28,506 nt of DNA from Gemmatimonadaceae bacterium (GTDB taxonomy: Bacteria > Gemmatimonadota > Gemmatimonadetes > Gemmatimonadales > Gemmatimonadaceae): positions 1 to 28,506 of the forward strand of contig DASSBZ010000017.1 of the NCBI GenBank assembly GCA_035698205.1, in the 5' to 3' direction. Below the pieces are notes generated by a model. The model did not search any database. It was not told where the DNA came from and worked only from the letters and a program-made list of their open reading frames with translations. Shown here piece by piece: positions 1 to 9,954 of this stretch. Positions within the stretch are counted from its first letter, which is position 1. Each line of letters starts with the position of its first letter. Position numbers and translations under genes: made by a program.

Positions 1-378
1 GCCCAGCGACGCGACCACCGCGCGCGCGGAGTCGAGCGCGCGCGCCCATCGTGTGTCGTAACCCATGCTGTAGGAGCGGTCGAGCAGCAGCACGACATCA
101 CGCGCGCCGCCGCCGCTCAACCCCGCGGCCGCGGCGCGCCCCGTGAGGAATGGGCGCGCGAAGGCCAGCGCCAGCAGCGCAACCGCCGCGCAGCGCATGA
201 GGAACAGCAGCCAGTGCCGGATCTTCTGGCGCCGCACCGCCTGGTACGGAATGCGGTGCAGGAACATCAGCGACGGAAAGAACTGGACGTCCTTGCGCTC
301 CTTGTGGATGAGGTGCACGAGGATCGGCACCGCGATCGCGCCAAGCCCGGCCAGGAACCACGGGGCAAGCAGGTTCAC
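1..378 (-). CDS. BatA-like VWA-domain protein with N-terminal aerotolerance-regulator-type TM segment; 5' part only, gene continues past position 1
   Basis: Hand translation of the minus strand from GTG at 378 gives VNLLAPWFLAGLGAIAVPILVHLIHKERKDVQFFPSLMFLHRIPYQ...FARPFL...DVVLLLDRSYSMGYD with no stop to position 1. VVLLLDRSYSM is a VWA MIDAS DxSxS motif. A GGAGG Shine-Dalgarno sits at 385-389 on the minus strand, 6 nt before the GTG. This gene is not in the supplied ORF track. Confidence 0.7.
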   Translation of the reverse strand, partial: MNLLAPWFLAGLGAIAVPILVHLIHKERKDVQFFPSLMFLHRIPYQAVRRQKIRHWLLFLMRCAAVALLALAFARPFLTGRAAAAGLSGGGARDVVLLLDRSYSMGYDTRWARALDSARAVVASLG

Positions 379-415
379 GGCCGACCTCCGGTGAACGACA
401 CGCGACCGGATGCCA

Positions 416-1317
416 TCATCGTACCCGCATGAGCCGCTGGCGCCGGGCCAGGTAATCGAAGAGCAGATACTCGAGCGGCTTCGACGTATCGAACATCGCG
501 TAGTCGATCCCCTGCTCCCCCATGCGCGCCGAGAGGGTATCGATGTGCTGCGTCATGAGCGCGCGGTACTGCTCGCGCAGGAACTCCGGCACGATCGGCA
601 GCTTCTCACCCGTTTCCATGTCCTCGAAGCTGGCGGCCTCGTCGAACGGGAAGGTCAGCTCCGCCGGATCCAGGAGCTGGATGACCAGCAGGTCGTTCCC
701 GCGATTGCGCAGGTGGTTCAGTGCGCGCATCACGACGTCCGGCTCGGCATAGAAGTCGGAGATGACCAGCAGCATGCTCCGCCGCCGGAACTGCTCGGAG
801 AGCATGCGCATGGGGGTTTCGAGATCGCCCTTGCGCGACGCGCGCGCGCGCGCGAGCGCGTGCAGCACCACGGGCAGGTGTCTCGCCGACGGCGGCACGT
901 ACTCCACCACCGCATCGTCGAACGTGACCAGCCCCACGCGATCGCGCTGGCCGTGCGAAAACCAGGCGAGCGCCGCCGCGAGATAGCGGGCGTAATCCAG
1001 CTTGGTCAACCCGTGGCTGCCATAGCCCATGGACGCCGACACGTCGAGCAGCACCGAGAAGTTCGTGTTGGTGTCGGCCTCGAACTCCTTCAGGAAGAAG
1101 CGGTCGGTCCGTGCGAACAGCCGCCAGTCGATCCGCCGGATGTCGTCGCCCGGCATGTATGCGCGATGTTCGGCGAAGTCCATCGACATCCCGAGGTTCG
1201 GTGACCGGTGCAACCCGTTGATGAAGCCCTCGACCACCGTGCGCGCGATCAGCTCGAGGCTGCCGATACGGGCCAGCGTCGACGGATCGAGAAAGCCGGT
1301 GCTGTCGACGGCAGCCG

Positions 1318-1321
<4 letters not shown>
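416..1321 (-). CDS. DUF58-family protein (VWA-like partner of MoxR ATPases)
   Basis: Hallmark HRAYMPGDDIRRIDWRLFARTDRFFLKEFEADTNTNFSVLLDVSASMGYGS. The likely start is GTG at 1321, overlapping the MoxR stop (minus-strand ATGTGA). An in-frame ATG at 1198 is the alternative start. Confidence 0.85.
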
Positions 1322-2355
<1,034 letters not shown>

Positions 2356-2430
2356 GATGGGTCCTTGTGGTCGAGGTGACGGAAGCGGTACGACGGAGCA
2401 AGAGCCGGCGCGGACGCGCGCGCGGCAGGA

Positions 2431-3204
2431 TCAGTGGGAGAATCCGTACATGATGTAGTTCACACCCAGCTTGTAGGCTTCGTTGGTAAGCGGAATCGGC
2501 AGGAATCCCTCGGCCGACCACTGCCAGTAATCACCGATGTCGTTGTTGTAGTTCGCCACGACCAGGAGGCGCTTCGCGGGATCGTTGTCCTCGTAGAGTC
2601 CCATGAACAGCGAGCGTCCCCCGTAGTTCGGTTCGGAGAGGTCGAGCGTCTCGATACCGAGCATGGACTGGAAAACCGGGTTCGTGACGTCGAGCTCGAC
2701 GAACTGCAGCCCCGGCAGCACGCGCGACATCACCTCGGCGAAGTTGTACCAGTGCTGGCCGCGGAAGTCGTCCACAATGAGAAAGCCGCCCTTCTGCAGG
2801 TACTGCTGCAGCCCCGTGACCTCCGACTCCGTCGGGCGCCAGCACCCGGGCTCGGAGAGGTAGGCAATGGGGTGTCGCATGAGCTCCGGATCATCGGTGT
2901 CGAGCACGTAGCTGGAGTCGAGCCGGGGCTGCAGCGCCGTCAGCTCGCCAAGGATCTTCATCAGGTTGCGTTCGGCGATGGGATAGTCGTGCATCCACCC
3001 CGGGCCTTCATTGCTCATGCACCCGTAGCCCTGATAGCGAAGGCGCACGAAGGCGAACCGGCCGTCGTAGCGCGGATTCTGCTCGACGGTGATGTCACCC
3101 GAGAACCGTCGACCACGACGCCCCTGCGCAAATGCCGTCGCCACGACGGTCGTGAGCGCCACCAGGAAAATGGCCAGTACCGTACGCGGTCGTCGCAGGT
3201 TCAT
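2431..3204 (-). CDS. DUF4159-like secreted protein
   Basis: N-terminal signal peptide (MNLRRPRTVLAIFLVALTTVVATAFAQG). Conserved GGFLIVDDF core. ATG at 3204 overlaps the upstream stop (ATGA). GGAGGAGG Shine-Dalgarno 6 nt upstream. Family assignment is from memory of DUF4159 proteins that sit beside MoxR/DUF58/VWA genes. Confidence 0.75.
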   Translation of the reverse strand: MNLRRPRTVLAIFLVALTTVVATAFAQGRRGRRFSGDITVEQNPRYDGRFAFVRLRYQGYGCMSNEGPGWMHDYPIAERNLMKILGELTALQPRLDSSYVLDTDDPELMRHPIAYLSEPGCWRPTESEVTGLQQYLQKGGFLIVDDFRGQHWYNFAEVMSRVLPGLQFVELDVTNPVFQSMLGIETLDLSEPNYGGRSLFMGLYEDNDPAKRLLVVANYNNDIGDYWQWSAEGFLPIPLTNEAYKLGVNYIMYGFSH

Positions 3205-5930
3205 TGGATACCTCCTCCGGGCGGCGTCGAGGTGCCGCGTTGCAGCGTCAGCAGCAGATCCTGCGCCTCTCGAAAGCTGGGCGCCTCCTCCAGCGCGCGC
3301 AGCACCTCGCGGCGCGCCTGTGTACGGTCGCCCGCGTCGAGCAGGGCCTTCGCCAGTTGATAGTACGCCTCCGCACGATCCGTTGGCGCCAGCGCCACCA
3401 CCGCGCGTCGCTCCCGCACCACGGCCTGCGTGTTCGCCGTGGCCGTCAGCAGTTCGGCCAGCCGCTGGTGATCGGCGAGATCAAACGGCCAGATGTACAT
3501 CGCACGCTCGAGTACGCGCGCCGCGCCGGCGCTTTCCCCCTGCTGCTCGAGCAGGGTGGCCAGCAGGCGATGCGCCTCGTAGCTGGTTTCGTCGGAGTGC
3601 ACGACGGTCCGCAGCGCAGCGATCGCGGCCGGCTCATCACCGCGCGCCACGCTTATGGCAGCAAGCGCGCGATACGGGCTGGCCTCTCCCGTGTACTCGG
3701 GGAAGATCTCGCGTGCCGCGTCGAACTCGCGGATCGCGGCGGCGGTGTCCCCCGCCTGCAGCGTGCGGGTGGCGCGCTCGAGTGCCGCGACATAGTTGCC
3801 GGGGGGCACCTCGAGGCGCCCGGTACGCGCGTCGTCCGTCGCGCGCCGGAGCCGCGCGGGTTCCACGGCGTCGCGCCGCGCGCCAAACCGCTCGTCCAGC
3901 CAGGTCGCGAAGCGCTTGTCGAGCTCCTCGGGATCCAGCCGCAGCACGCGCTCGAACACCTGCGCGGTGCTCAGTCCGTCGCGCCACGCCAGCAGCATGT
4001 CGGTGAGCGCCTTCGCCCCGAACTCCCGCTCGATCATCTCGCATACCAGGGAGGCCTGATAGTACGAATGAATCACCTGCTGCGGGTAGGCCGGACGCAT
4101 GAAGCCGTCGTTCATGCGACTCACCGGTACGAGCAGGTCGCCCTTCCACGCGGCCAGGAAGTCGAGCGTCACGTTCGCCCCCCACCCCTCGCGTGCCCGG
4201 CGCTCCTCGAGCACAGAGAGCCCCTCGGAGAACCAGCGCGGCACCTCATGCGCGCTCGCGCCGAGGGTGAACGTGTGCGCCAGCTCGTGCCAGAACGTGG
4301 AGCCCCAGTTGAACTCGCCCTTCGCGCGCGCGGCCGGCGAGTCCATGGCCAGCGTGGTGCCGAACGACACACCCAGCGCACCGAGGCCGGCGAGTCCCAC
4401 CGTGCGGACGGAGAAGTCGGCGTGGCTGCGGAAGAACTCGATGCGGATCGGCGGCTCGGGGCGGATGCCATAGCGGGCGACCAGCGAGTCATAGGCCTCC
4501 TCGCCCAGCGGCGCCACATACAGCGCCAGCAGGTCCGCATCCTTCGCCTCGGCCATCATCAGGAAGCGCCCCGACGTGATCTCCCGGTAGCCATCGAAGG
4601 TATCCAGCAGGTCGAGCGTGTTCTTCACGCGCACGGTGTACGGATCGCCGGCGAAGGCACGTTCCAGGCTGGCACGCCCGGCGGCGATCTCGCCGTTGCG
4701 CAACTGGTTCTCACCCAGCACACCCCACGCGTGCCATGACGTGGAGTCCAGCGCCACGCCCTCGCCGGCGAACTCCTGCGCCCGTCGATAGTGCCGATTG
4801 CGCGCGCTCACCTCGCCTAACGTGGCAAAGAAGGAGGCGTCGCGAGGCCGGACGGCGAGCGCCTGCCGGCGGGTCGCGGCAAACCCGGCGTCATCGCCAC
4901 GGAGCGACTGCACGGCCCCCCGCATGGCCAGCGCCTCGGACGACGCCGGATCGATCGCCAGCGCCGAGTCGGCCTGGGCCGCGGCCCCTGCATAGTCCTC
5001 GGTATCGAGCAGCAACTGCGCGAGCATGGCGCGCGCCGGCACGTGCCCCGGATTCACCTCGAGCACCGCGCGAACGGACTCCATGGTGCCGGGCTCACCC
5101 TCGGCGTACTGCCGCCGCGCCGAGGCGAGCAGCGCGTCGGGGTGGCGCGGATTCACCTGCAGTACTGCCTCGATCGCCGACCGCGCATCCGCGAGGTTGT
5201 ACTTCTCGAGGAACAGCTCGGCCGCACCCACACGCGGGGCCAGCGCCTCCGGATCCTTCGCGATGGCGGCGTCGAACGCCTTGAGCGCGTCCTTGAACAG
5301 CTCCGGGTTGTCAGCACCGAGATGCCGGCAGGCGATGGCCACGGCCATCAGTTCATCCGACGAGAGCGCCGGACGTCGATCGTTCCAGACGTCGATGAAA
5401 TGGTCGAACTCGCGCATGGCGCCAGCGCGATCGCCCCCGGCAAGCAGAAGCTCGGCGGCGCTCACGCGCGCGAGCAGGCTGTCGGATGCCCCTCCGCTCA
5501 CCGCGGCGGCATACGCCGCAGCGGCATCGTCCCGCTTGCCGCGGCGGCGCAGCACGTCGCCGAGTGCGCGCTGCAACTGCACATCGCCGGCCGCGACGAA
5601 TGTTCGCGCGGCGGCTTCGGCCTCGTCGTAGCGACCCACCGCGGAGAGCGCGTCCACAAGTCCGCGGCGCGCCACCACCGAGCCGCCACCGTCGCGACCG
5701 GTCAGCGCGCGGAACGCGGAAATGGCGTCATCGTAGCGCCCCTCGCGCAGCGCGGTTCTCGCCGCCCCTTCGGGATCCTGCTGGGAGAGCGCCCACGTGC
5801 CGTCGTTGCCGCATGAAAGCAGCATGACACACGACAGCACGAGCAGCAGCATGCCCGCGCGCCCGCGTGCATCGCCGCGGCCACGATCTGCACGCCTGCC
5901 GCCCGCCGGATGACGAAGGGCCGCGATCAC
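3201..5930 (-). CDS. TPR-repeat lipoprotein with embedded peptidase-MA-like (HEXXH) metallopeptidase core
   Basis: Many TPR-like helical repeats. Central WHELAHTF...EGLSVLEE (HEXXH plus a downstream Glu) resembles Peptidase_MA_2 domains that are commonly fused to TPRs. Lipobox LLSC|G. The start is ambiguous: GTG at 5930 forms a GTGA overlap with the upstream stop, or ATG at 5852 directly begins MLLLVLSCVMLLSC. Confidence 0.75.
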   Translation of the reverse strand: MIAALRHPAGGRRADRGRGDARGRAGMLLLVLSCVMLLSCGNDGTWALSQQDPEGAARTALREGRYDDAISAFRALTGRDGGGSVVARRGLVDALSAVGRYDEAEAAARTFVAAGDVQLQRALGDVLRRRGKRDDAAAAYAAAVSGGASDSLLARVSAAELLLAGGDRAGAMREFDHFIDVWNDRRPALSSDELMAVAIACRHLGADNPELFKDALKAFDAAIAKDPEALAPRVGAAELFLEKYNLADARSAIEAVLQVNPRHPDALLASARRQYAEGEPGTMESVRAVLEVNPGHVPARAMLAQLLLDTEDYAGAAAQADSALAIDPASSEALAMRGAVQSLRGDDAGFAATRRQALAVRPRDASFFATLGEVSARNRHYRRAQEFAGEGVALDSTSWHAWGVLGENQLRNGEIAAGRASLERAFAGDPYTVRVKNTLDLLDTFDGYREITSGRFLMMAEAKDADLLALYVAPLGEEAYDSLVARYGIRPEPPIRIEFFRSHADFSVRTVGLAGLGALGVSFGTTLAMDSPAARAKGEFNWGSTFWHELAHTFTLGASAHEVPRWFSEGLSVLEERRAREGWGANVTLDFLAAWKGDLLVPVSRMNDGFMRPAYPQQVIHSYYQASLVCEMIEREFGAKALTDMLLAWRDGLSTAQVFERVLRLDPEELDKRFATWLDERFGARRDAVEPARLRRATDDARTGRLEVPPGNYVAALERATRTLQAGDTAAAIREFDAAREIFPEYTGEASPYRALAAISVARGDEPAAIAALRTVVHSDETSYEAHRLLATLLEQQGESAGAARVLERAMYIWPFDLADHQRLAELLTATANTQAVVRERRAVVALAPTDRAEAYYQLAKALLDAGDRTQARREVLRALEEAPSFREAQDLLLTLQRGTSTPPGGGIQ

Positions 5931-6910
5931 GGCTTCTTCACCGGATTCGCGTCGCGAAGCTGGCGGTCCACCATGGCCAGCTCAATCAGCAGGCGTTCGA
6001 GCGTCTGTTCGTACGTCAGCGAGTCCGTGCTCGCCTTGCGGCGGCGCAGGGAGTCGATGCTCGCCTCGAGCCCAGCCTTCGTCCGCACAAGCGCCGCCAG
6101 GCGTGGATCGGACGATGCTATCGCGGCGCTTCCCGCGGAGAGGAACATTCGCGACGCCAGCGCGCCATCGCCCGTGCGCAGCGTCGGCGCCTCGATCCCC
6201 TTGCCATCGCCATCGTCGTCGAGCAGCGCATGTTCGGTACGCAGCGTGCCGGCATCCTCGTACCCCCGGGCCACCTCGCGGCGCGCGTATTCGAACGCCT
6301 CGAGCAGCGACACGCGGCCGTCCTTGTCGCTGTCGGCGTCGCCCCCGGCGTACGCCGCGACGAAGAACTTCGCGAACGTCGTCTCGTTGCGCTCCATTCC
6401 CGACTTCGTGGCGGTGACGATCGCCCGATCCTTCCCGGCCAGCGGCGCGACGAAATCGCCGCTTGCGCTGGCCGCGTTGATGAACGCCACCCGCCGGCCT
6501 TCGAGTCCGTCGATCAGCTTCGCGAAGTCGGCGGCGGTGAGGTCGGGACCCGGGACGTTGAAGCGCGCGCTGCCATTCATCGCGCTGCCATGACCGATCA
6601 GCAGCACGAACACCAGGTCGCCCGCGCGCGATCGCGACGCCACGGCAGCGAAGGCCTTCTCCACATCGGCCTTCGTGGACTTCCCATCGATGCGCGCCCG
6701 GTCACGCTCCGGCCGTTCGGCAAGGAAGGTCACGTTGGCGTCGGGCACGCCGAAGCGCTGCGTCGCGGCATCGCTCATGGCGGCGCCGGCCTCGAAGAAC
6801 GCCTGCTGATATGCTGGTTCGCCGCCCACTCCGGCCACGATAATCACATGCGTGGCGGGCGCCGGCGCCTGCAGCGCGTACAGGAGCGCGATCGCGGAAC
6901 CGTGGAGCAT
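5927..6910 (-). CDS. Peptidase C13 (legumain/GPI8)-fold protein lacking any cysteine; putative pseudopeptidase or non-Cys variant
   Basis: HVIIVAGVGGEPAYQQAFFEAGAAMSDAATQRFGVPDANVTFL aligns with the legumain N-terminus. GDLVFVLLIGHGS...FNVPGPDLTAADFAKLID...RRVAFINAASASG aligns with the legumain His-box and Cys-box (DHVFIYFTDHGS...MVFYIEACESGS). The whole protein contains zero Cys. ATG at 6910 overlaps the upstream stop (TGATG). N-terminal signal-like segment. Confidence 0.7.
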   Translation of the reverse strand: MLHGSAIALLYALQAPAPATHVIIVAGVGGEPAYQQAFFEAGAAMSDAATQRFGVPDANVTFLAERPERDRARIDGKSTKADVEKAFAAVASRSRAGDLVFVLLIGHGSAMNGSARFNVPGPDLTAADFAKLIDGLEGRRVAFINAASASGDFVAPLAGKDRAIVTATKSGMERNETTFAKFFVAAYAGGDADSDKDGRVSLLEAFEYARREVARGYEDAGTLRTEHALLDDDGDGKGIEAPTLRTGDGALASRMFLSAGSAAIASSDPRLAALVRTKAGLEASIDSLRRRKASTDSLTYEQTLERLLIELAMVDRQLRDANPVKKP

Positions 6911-9279
6911 CACGCCAACCCCCGTCTGCGGCGCAACGCCCATTCACCCGCGAGCAGTCCAAGCAGGAGGAGGAAGATGATCGGCATGTCCCAAAGATCC
7001 AGGCGTTCCACCACCGTGTTGCCCCCCTCGGTATACACCAGGTCGCCCGCGAGCGCGTCCACTGTTTCAGGGGTGTAGTAGCGTCCCCCTGTCTCCTCGG
7101 CGACACGGCGCAGGAGCGATGCGCGCAGCTCCGCACCGAAGAACTCGTTGGTCACGTCGCCCACCTCCACGAAGGCCGGCGCGCTCGCCACCGTGTCGCC
7201 GCCGACGCGCGCCGACACCTCCACCCGGTGCACGCCGGTCTCCACCGGCGTGAACGCCACGTCGTACTCGCCGTCGCGCGTCACCGACCACTCGAGCGGC
7301 ACTTCCTGCACCACCCCCGACGGCGACGTGACCGATGCCGTCGCCTCCGCACTGTTGACGCGCAAAAAGGCGGCGTCGGCGACTTCGGCGCTCAGCGTCA
7401 CCGGCTCGCCGGGCGCGGCGCGATCGCTGGTCGCCATCACGTTCACGCGCCCGGGCACGTCACTCACCAGCCAGCGCAGCGTCTGCCGCCAGAACGACTC
7501 GTGCGACTGGTCATCCACCGGCACGTCAGCGTGCATCTGCCACAACCACGAATCCTGGATGGCCAGCGCGATCGACTTGCCGCGTCCGAAGCGCTGGAAG
7601 GCCATGACGATGTGCTTCCCGTCCCCGTCCACGCTGGTGCCGGTGAGCAGTGTCTGCGCGCCCGGACGAGTCCGCGCAATGCGATTCACCGTGCTCACGG
7701 GGGGCATCGTCTTCCAACGTTCCGCGGACTCCGCTTCCGTACCGGCAATCTGCGTTGTCGCGTGGCGTGCACCGGCCGGCGTCAGTTCCACGCGGATCTC
7801 GTCAAACGCGGGATCGCCCTCGCGCCCCGCGGTGAGCTCCACGGGCAGCACTTCCGCCAGCGGGGTACCCGCATATCCCCCTTCGGCAAACGACTGACGG
7901 CCGCCCAGCATCAGCAGCCCACCACCGCGCGTCCCCACGAAATCGGCCAGCATGCGCAACTGGTCGAGCGTGAAATAGCTGGCCTCGATGGATCCCAGCA
8001 CGATGCCCTTGTAGGCGAACAGCTCATCGCGCGACTTCGGAAAGCCGGAGAGCAGGTCGAGGCTGTCGTCCACGCTGAGGCGCAGGAATCGATCCTTCGC
8101 GGTACGCAGCAGCGTCACGACCTGGAGGTTCTCGTCGGATTCGACGGCCCGGCGCAGGAACTTCAGCTCGAAGCGCGGCTCACCCTCGATGTAGAGAATC
8201 TTCTCGCGGCGGTCGTTCACCACCACCAGCGCGCGTTGCGTGTTGTTCTCGGTCACAAGCTCGCCCGGCAGCGGCGCGATGCGGAACGTGAGCGGCCTGG
8301 CACCGGCGGCGATGGTCGGCACACGCGTTCTCACCGAAGCCACCTCGCCATCGCTTGGCAACGTGAACTTCTCGGTGCTCACGATCCGCCCGCTGTCCTC
8401 CACGACAAGCTCCGCCTGCTGCCCGCCGTAGCCGCGCTGCACCACCGAGGCATCCACCACAAGCGACGCTCCCTCCAGCACCTCGCGCGGCGCGTCGATA
8501 CGGCTGATCTCGATGTCCTGCGCGAAACGCTCGCGTCCGACGCCCACCGTGAAGACGGGGACGTGCCGGGCGCGGAGCGACGACAGCGTCTCGGTGAGCG
8601 CACCGCCGGAGTTGTCGGCGCCGTCGCTCACCAGCACGAGGCCGGAAAGCGGCACACCGTCGAGCTCCTGGCGAACCCCCTCGAGCGCGGGCGCGAGACG
8701 CGTGCGCGTACCGTCCCAGGTGAGGTCGGCCACCGCGTTCACCCGATCGCCGGCCGCCCCCGTCCGGAACAGGCGTACGACGAAGCGTTCGCCGAGCGAC
8801 TTGAACAGCGAGCTGTCGCGGCCGCCAAGGAGTGCACGCACCGCATCGGCGCGCGTGCGGCCATCGAGGTCGGCGATCTGCATGCTCCGCGAGTCGTCCA
8901 CCACGACTCCCACCACGTTGCGCTGCGGCACCGCGGCGGAAACGAGCAGCATCGGCCGCAGCAGCGCGAACAGCAGCAGGAGCACCACGGCCGCGCGGAG
9001 ACCGCCGAGCACGAAGCGCTGCCGCTCCCCGCCGCGCGGGCGCGTGCGCATGTACGTCGCGATCGCCGCCAGCGCCAGGACACCCGCCACGATCGCCGCC
9101 ACGCGCATGAAACCGGCGGCACCGAGGACGAACTGCCCCTTCTCGAACACCACGGGGCGGTACTTGAACAGGAACGCGAAGATCGATTCCACGGTTGATC
9201 CGTACCCCCGCGCCGCGGTTGACGTGCCGATGTGATCAATACGCTCGCGGATGACCGAGCGCTGACGGCTTTCCCGCAC
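6910..9279 (-). CDS. Large membrane-anchored VWA-domain protein of the Bat-like cluster
   Basis: N-terminal TM helices, VWA MIDAS motif VVGVVVDDSRSM...LVSDGADNSG, a mid-region with amidotransferase-like LLMLGG, and a C-terminal TM (MPIIFLLLLGLLAGEW). The start is GTG at 9279 or GTG at 9192; this is uncertain. Confidence 0.8.
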   Translation of the reverse strand: MRESRQRSVIRERIDHIGTSTAARGYGSTVESIFAFLFKYRPVVFEKGQFVLGAAGFMRVAAIVAGVLALAAIATYMRTRPRGGERQRFVLGGLRAAVVLLLLFALLRPMLLVSAAVPQRNVVGVVVDDSRSMQIADLDGRTRADAVRALLGGRDSSLFKSLGERFVVRLFRTGAAGDRVNAVADLTWDGTRTRLAPALEGVRQELDGVPLSGLVLVSDGADNSGGALTETLSSLRARHVPVFTVGVGRERFAQDIEISRIDAPREVLEGASLVVDASVVQRGYGGQQAELVVEDSGRIVSTEKFTLPSDGEVASVRTRVPTIAAGARPLTFRIAPLPGELVTENNTQRALVVVNDRREKILYIEGEPRFELKFLRRAVESDENLQVVTLLRTAKDRFLRLSVDDSLDLLSGFPKSRDELFAYKGIVLGSIEASYFTLDQLRMLADFVGTRGGGLLMLGGRQSFAEGGYAGTPLAEVLPVELTAGREGDPAFDEIRVELTPAGARHATTQIAGTEAESAERWKTMPPVSTVNRIARTRPGAQTLLTGTSVDGDGKHIVMAFQRFGRGKSIALAIQDSWLWQMHADVPVDDQSHESFWRQTLRWLVSDVPGRVNVMATSDRAAPGEPVTLSAEVADAAFLRVNSAEATASVTSPSGVVQEVPLEWSVTRDGEYDVAFTPVETGVHRVEVSARVGGDTVASAPAFVEVGDVTNEFFGAELRASLLRRVAEETGGRYYTPETVDALAGDLVYTEGGNTVVERLDLWDMPIIFLLLLGLLAGEWALRRRRGLA

Positions 9280-9448
9280 CGCCGGCTCGCTCGCGAATAC
9301 ATCGTCGCGGTACCACGCGTTGGCTGCACGCCACGTATCGACCTTGCATCAAGTTGACATGGTGCAACGGCCGGTGCACAGCCGTTCGGCCACGCGCCAG
9401 CGCGAGGGCGCGTGTCGCGCGCACCCGGCGCATCGGCCTGACGCGCCG

Positions 9449-9736
9449 CTAGTCGGCGCGAATCACGTCGCGCAGCCGCTCGCAGTCGTGCAGGAGCAGC
9501 GCGGTGACCTCCTCGTCTCCGCCATAGATGCGACGCCGTTCGGGGCTGAAAAGGATGTCGGTCCAGGTGGCGATGCTGGCGAGCTTGGAGCCGATCACGG
9601 CGTGCTCACCCGGTGCATCGCGCAATCGCGTGACGATCGCGCGCACCCCTGCCTTGACCCGCTCGTCGTCGTGACGAGCGGTCGCCGTCAGCCCCTCGAT
9701 CTCTTCGACCAGCGCCAACGCCTCGTCACGCGTCAT
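9449..9736 (-). CDS. small acidic hypothetical protein (95 aa)
   Basis: ATG at 9736 with GGAGGA 4-5 nt upstream. Helical acidic sequence MTRDEALALVEEIEG... I do not recognise a family. The longer ORF-track version (start 9910) lacks a ribosome-binding site. Confidence 0.5.
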   Translation of the reverse strand: MTRDEALALVEEIEGLTATARHDDERVKAGVRAIVTRLRDAPGEHAVIGSKLASIATWTDILFSPERRRIYGGDEEVTALLLHDCERLRDVIRAD

Positions 9737-9954
9737 CCGTCCTCCGCTTCCCCGGCGCGGGGAAGTCGCATACGTCGTCGCCTGCCAGTTCATGACGCTC
9801 CCGCCGCACAGGTTGATAAGCCGGGATCGCTTGCCGCGCAATAGCGCCGCGCTCGGCGGGGGGACGATCATTCGGACCCGACCATCGGCGCCGCTATCTT
9901 GCGCCGGCACGCATCCCTCGCGTCGTCCCCCCGTCGCTCCAACTCGCCCAACCC

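Noticed and set aside
98-361. 87-aa minus-strand ORF from the track
   Set aside because: Arg/Gly/Pro-rich nonsense. The alternative minus-strand frame encodes the BatA-like VWA gene with an excellent Shine-Dalgarno.
7228-9198. 656-aa plus-strand ORF; similar long ORFs at 410-1204, 1399-2379, 3204-4739, 5867-7078, 14241-15245(-), 16045-17622(-), 20177-21223(-), 22954-24486(-), 26202-27530(+)
   Set aside because: All lie antisense to genes with clear domain signatures (VWA, MoxR, GMC, flotillin, PQQ-DH, MFS). They are Arg/His/Pro-rich low-complexity translations, typical of stop-poor antisense frames in 70% GC DNA.
9360-9390. 6-bp stem hairpin (aacggc...gccgtt) after the small ORF, a possible terminator
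   Set aside because: Short stem with no U-rich tail on the relevant strand. Weak evidence.
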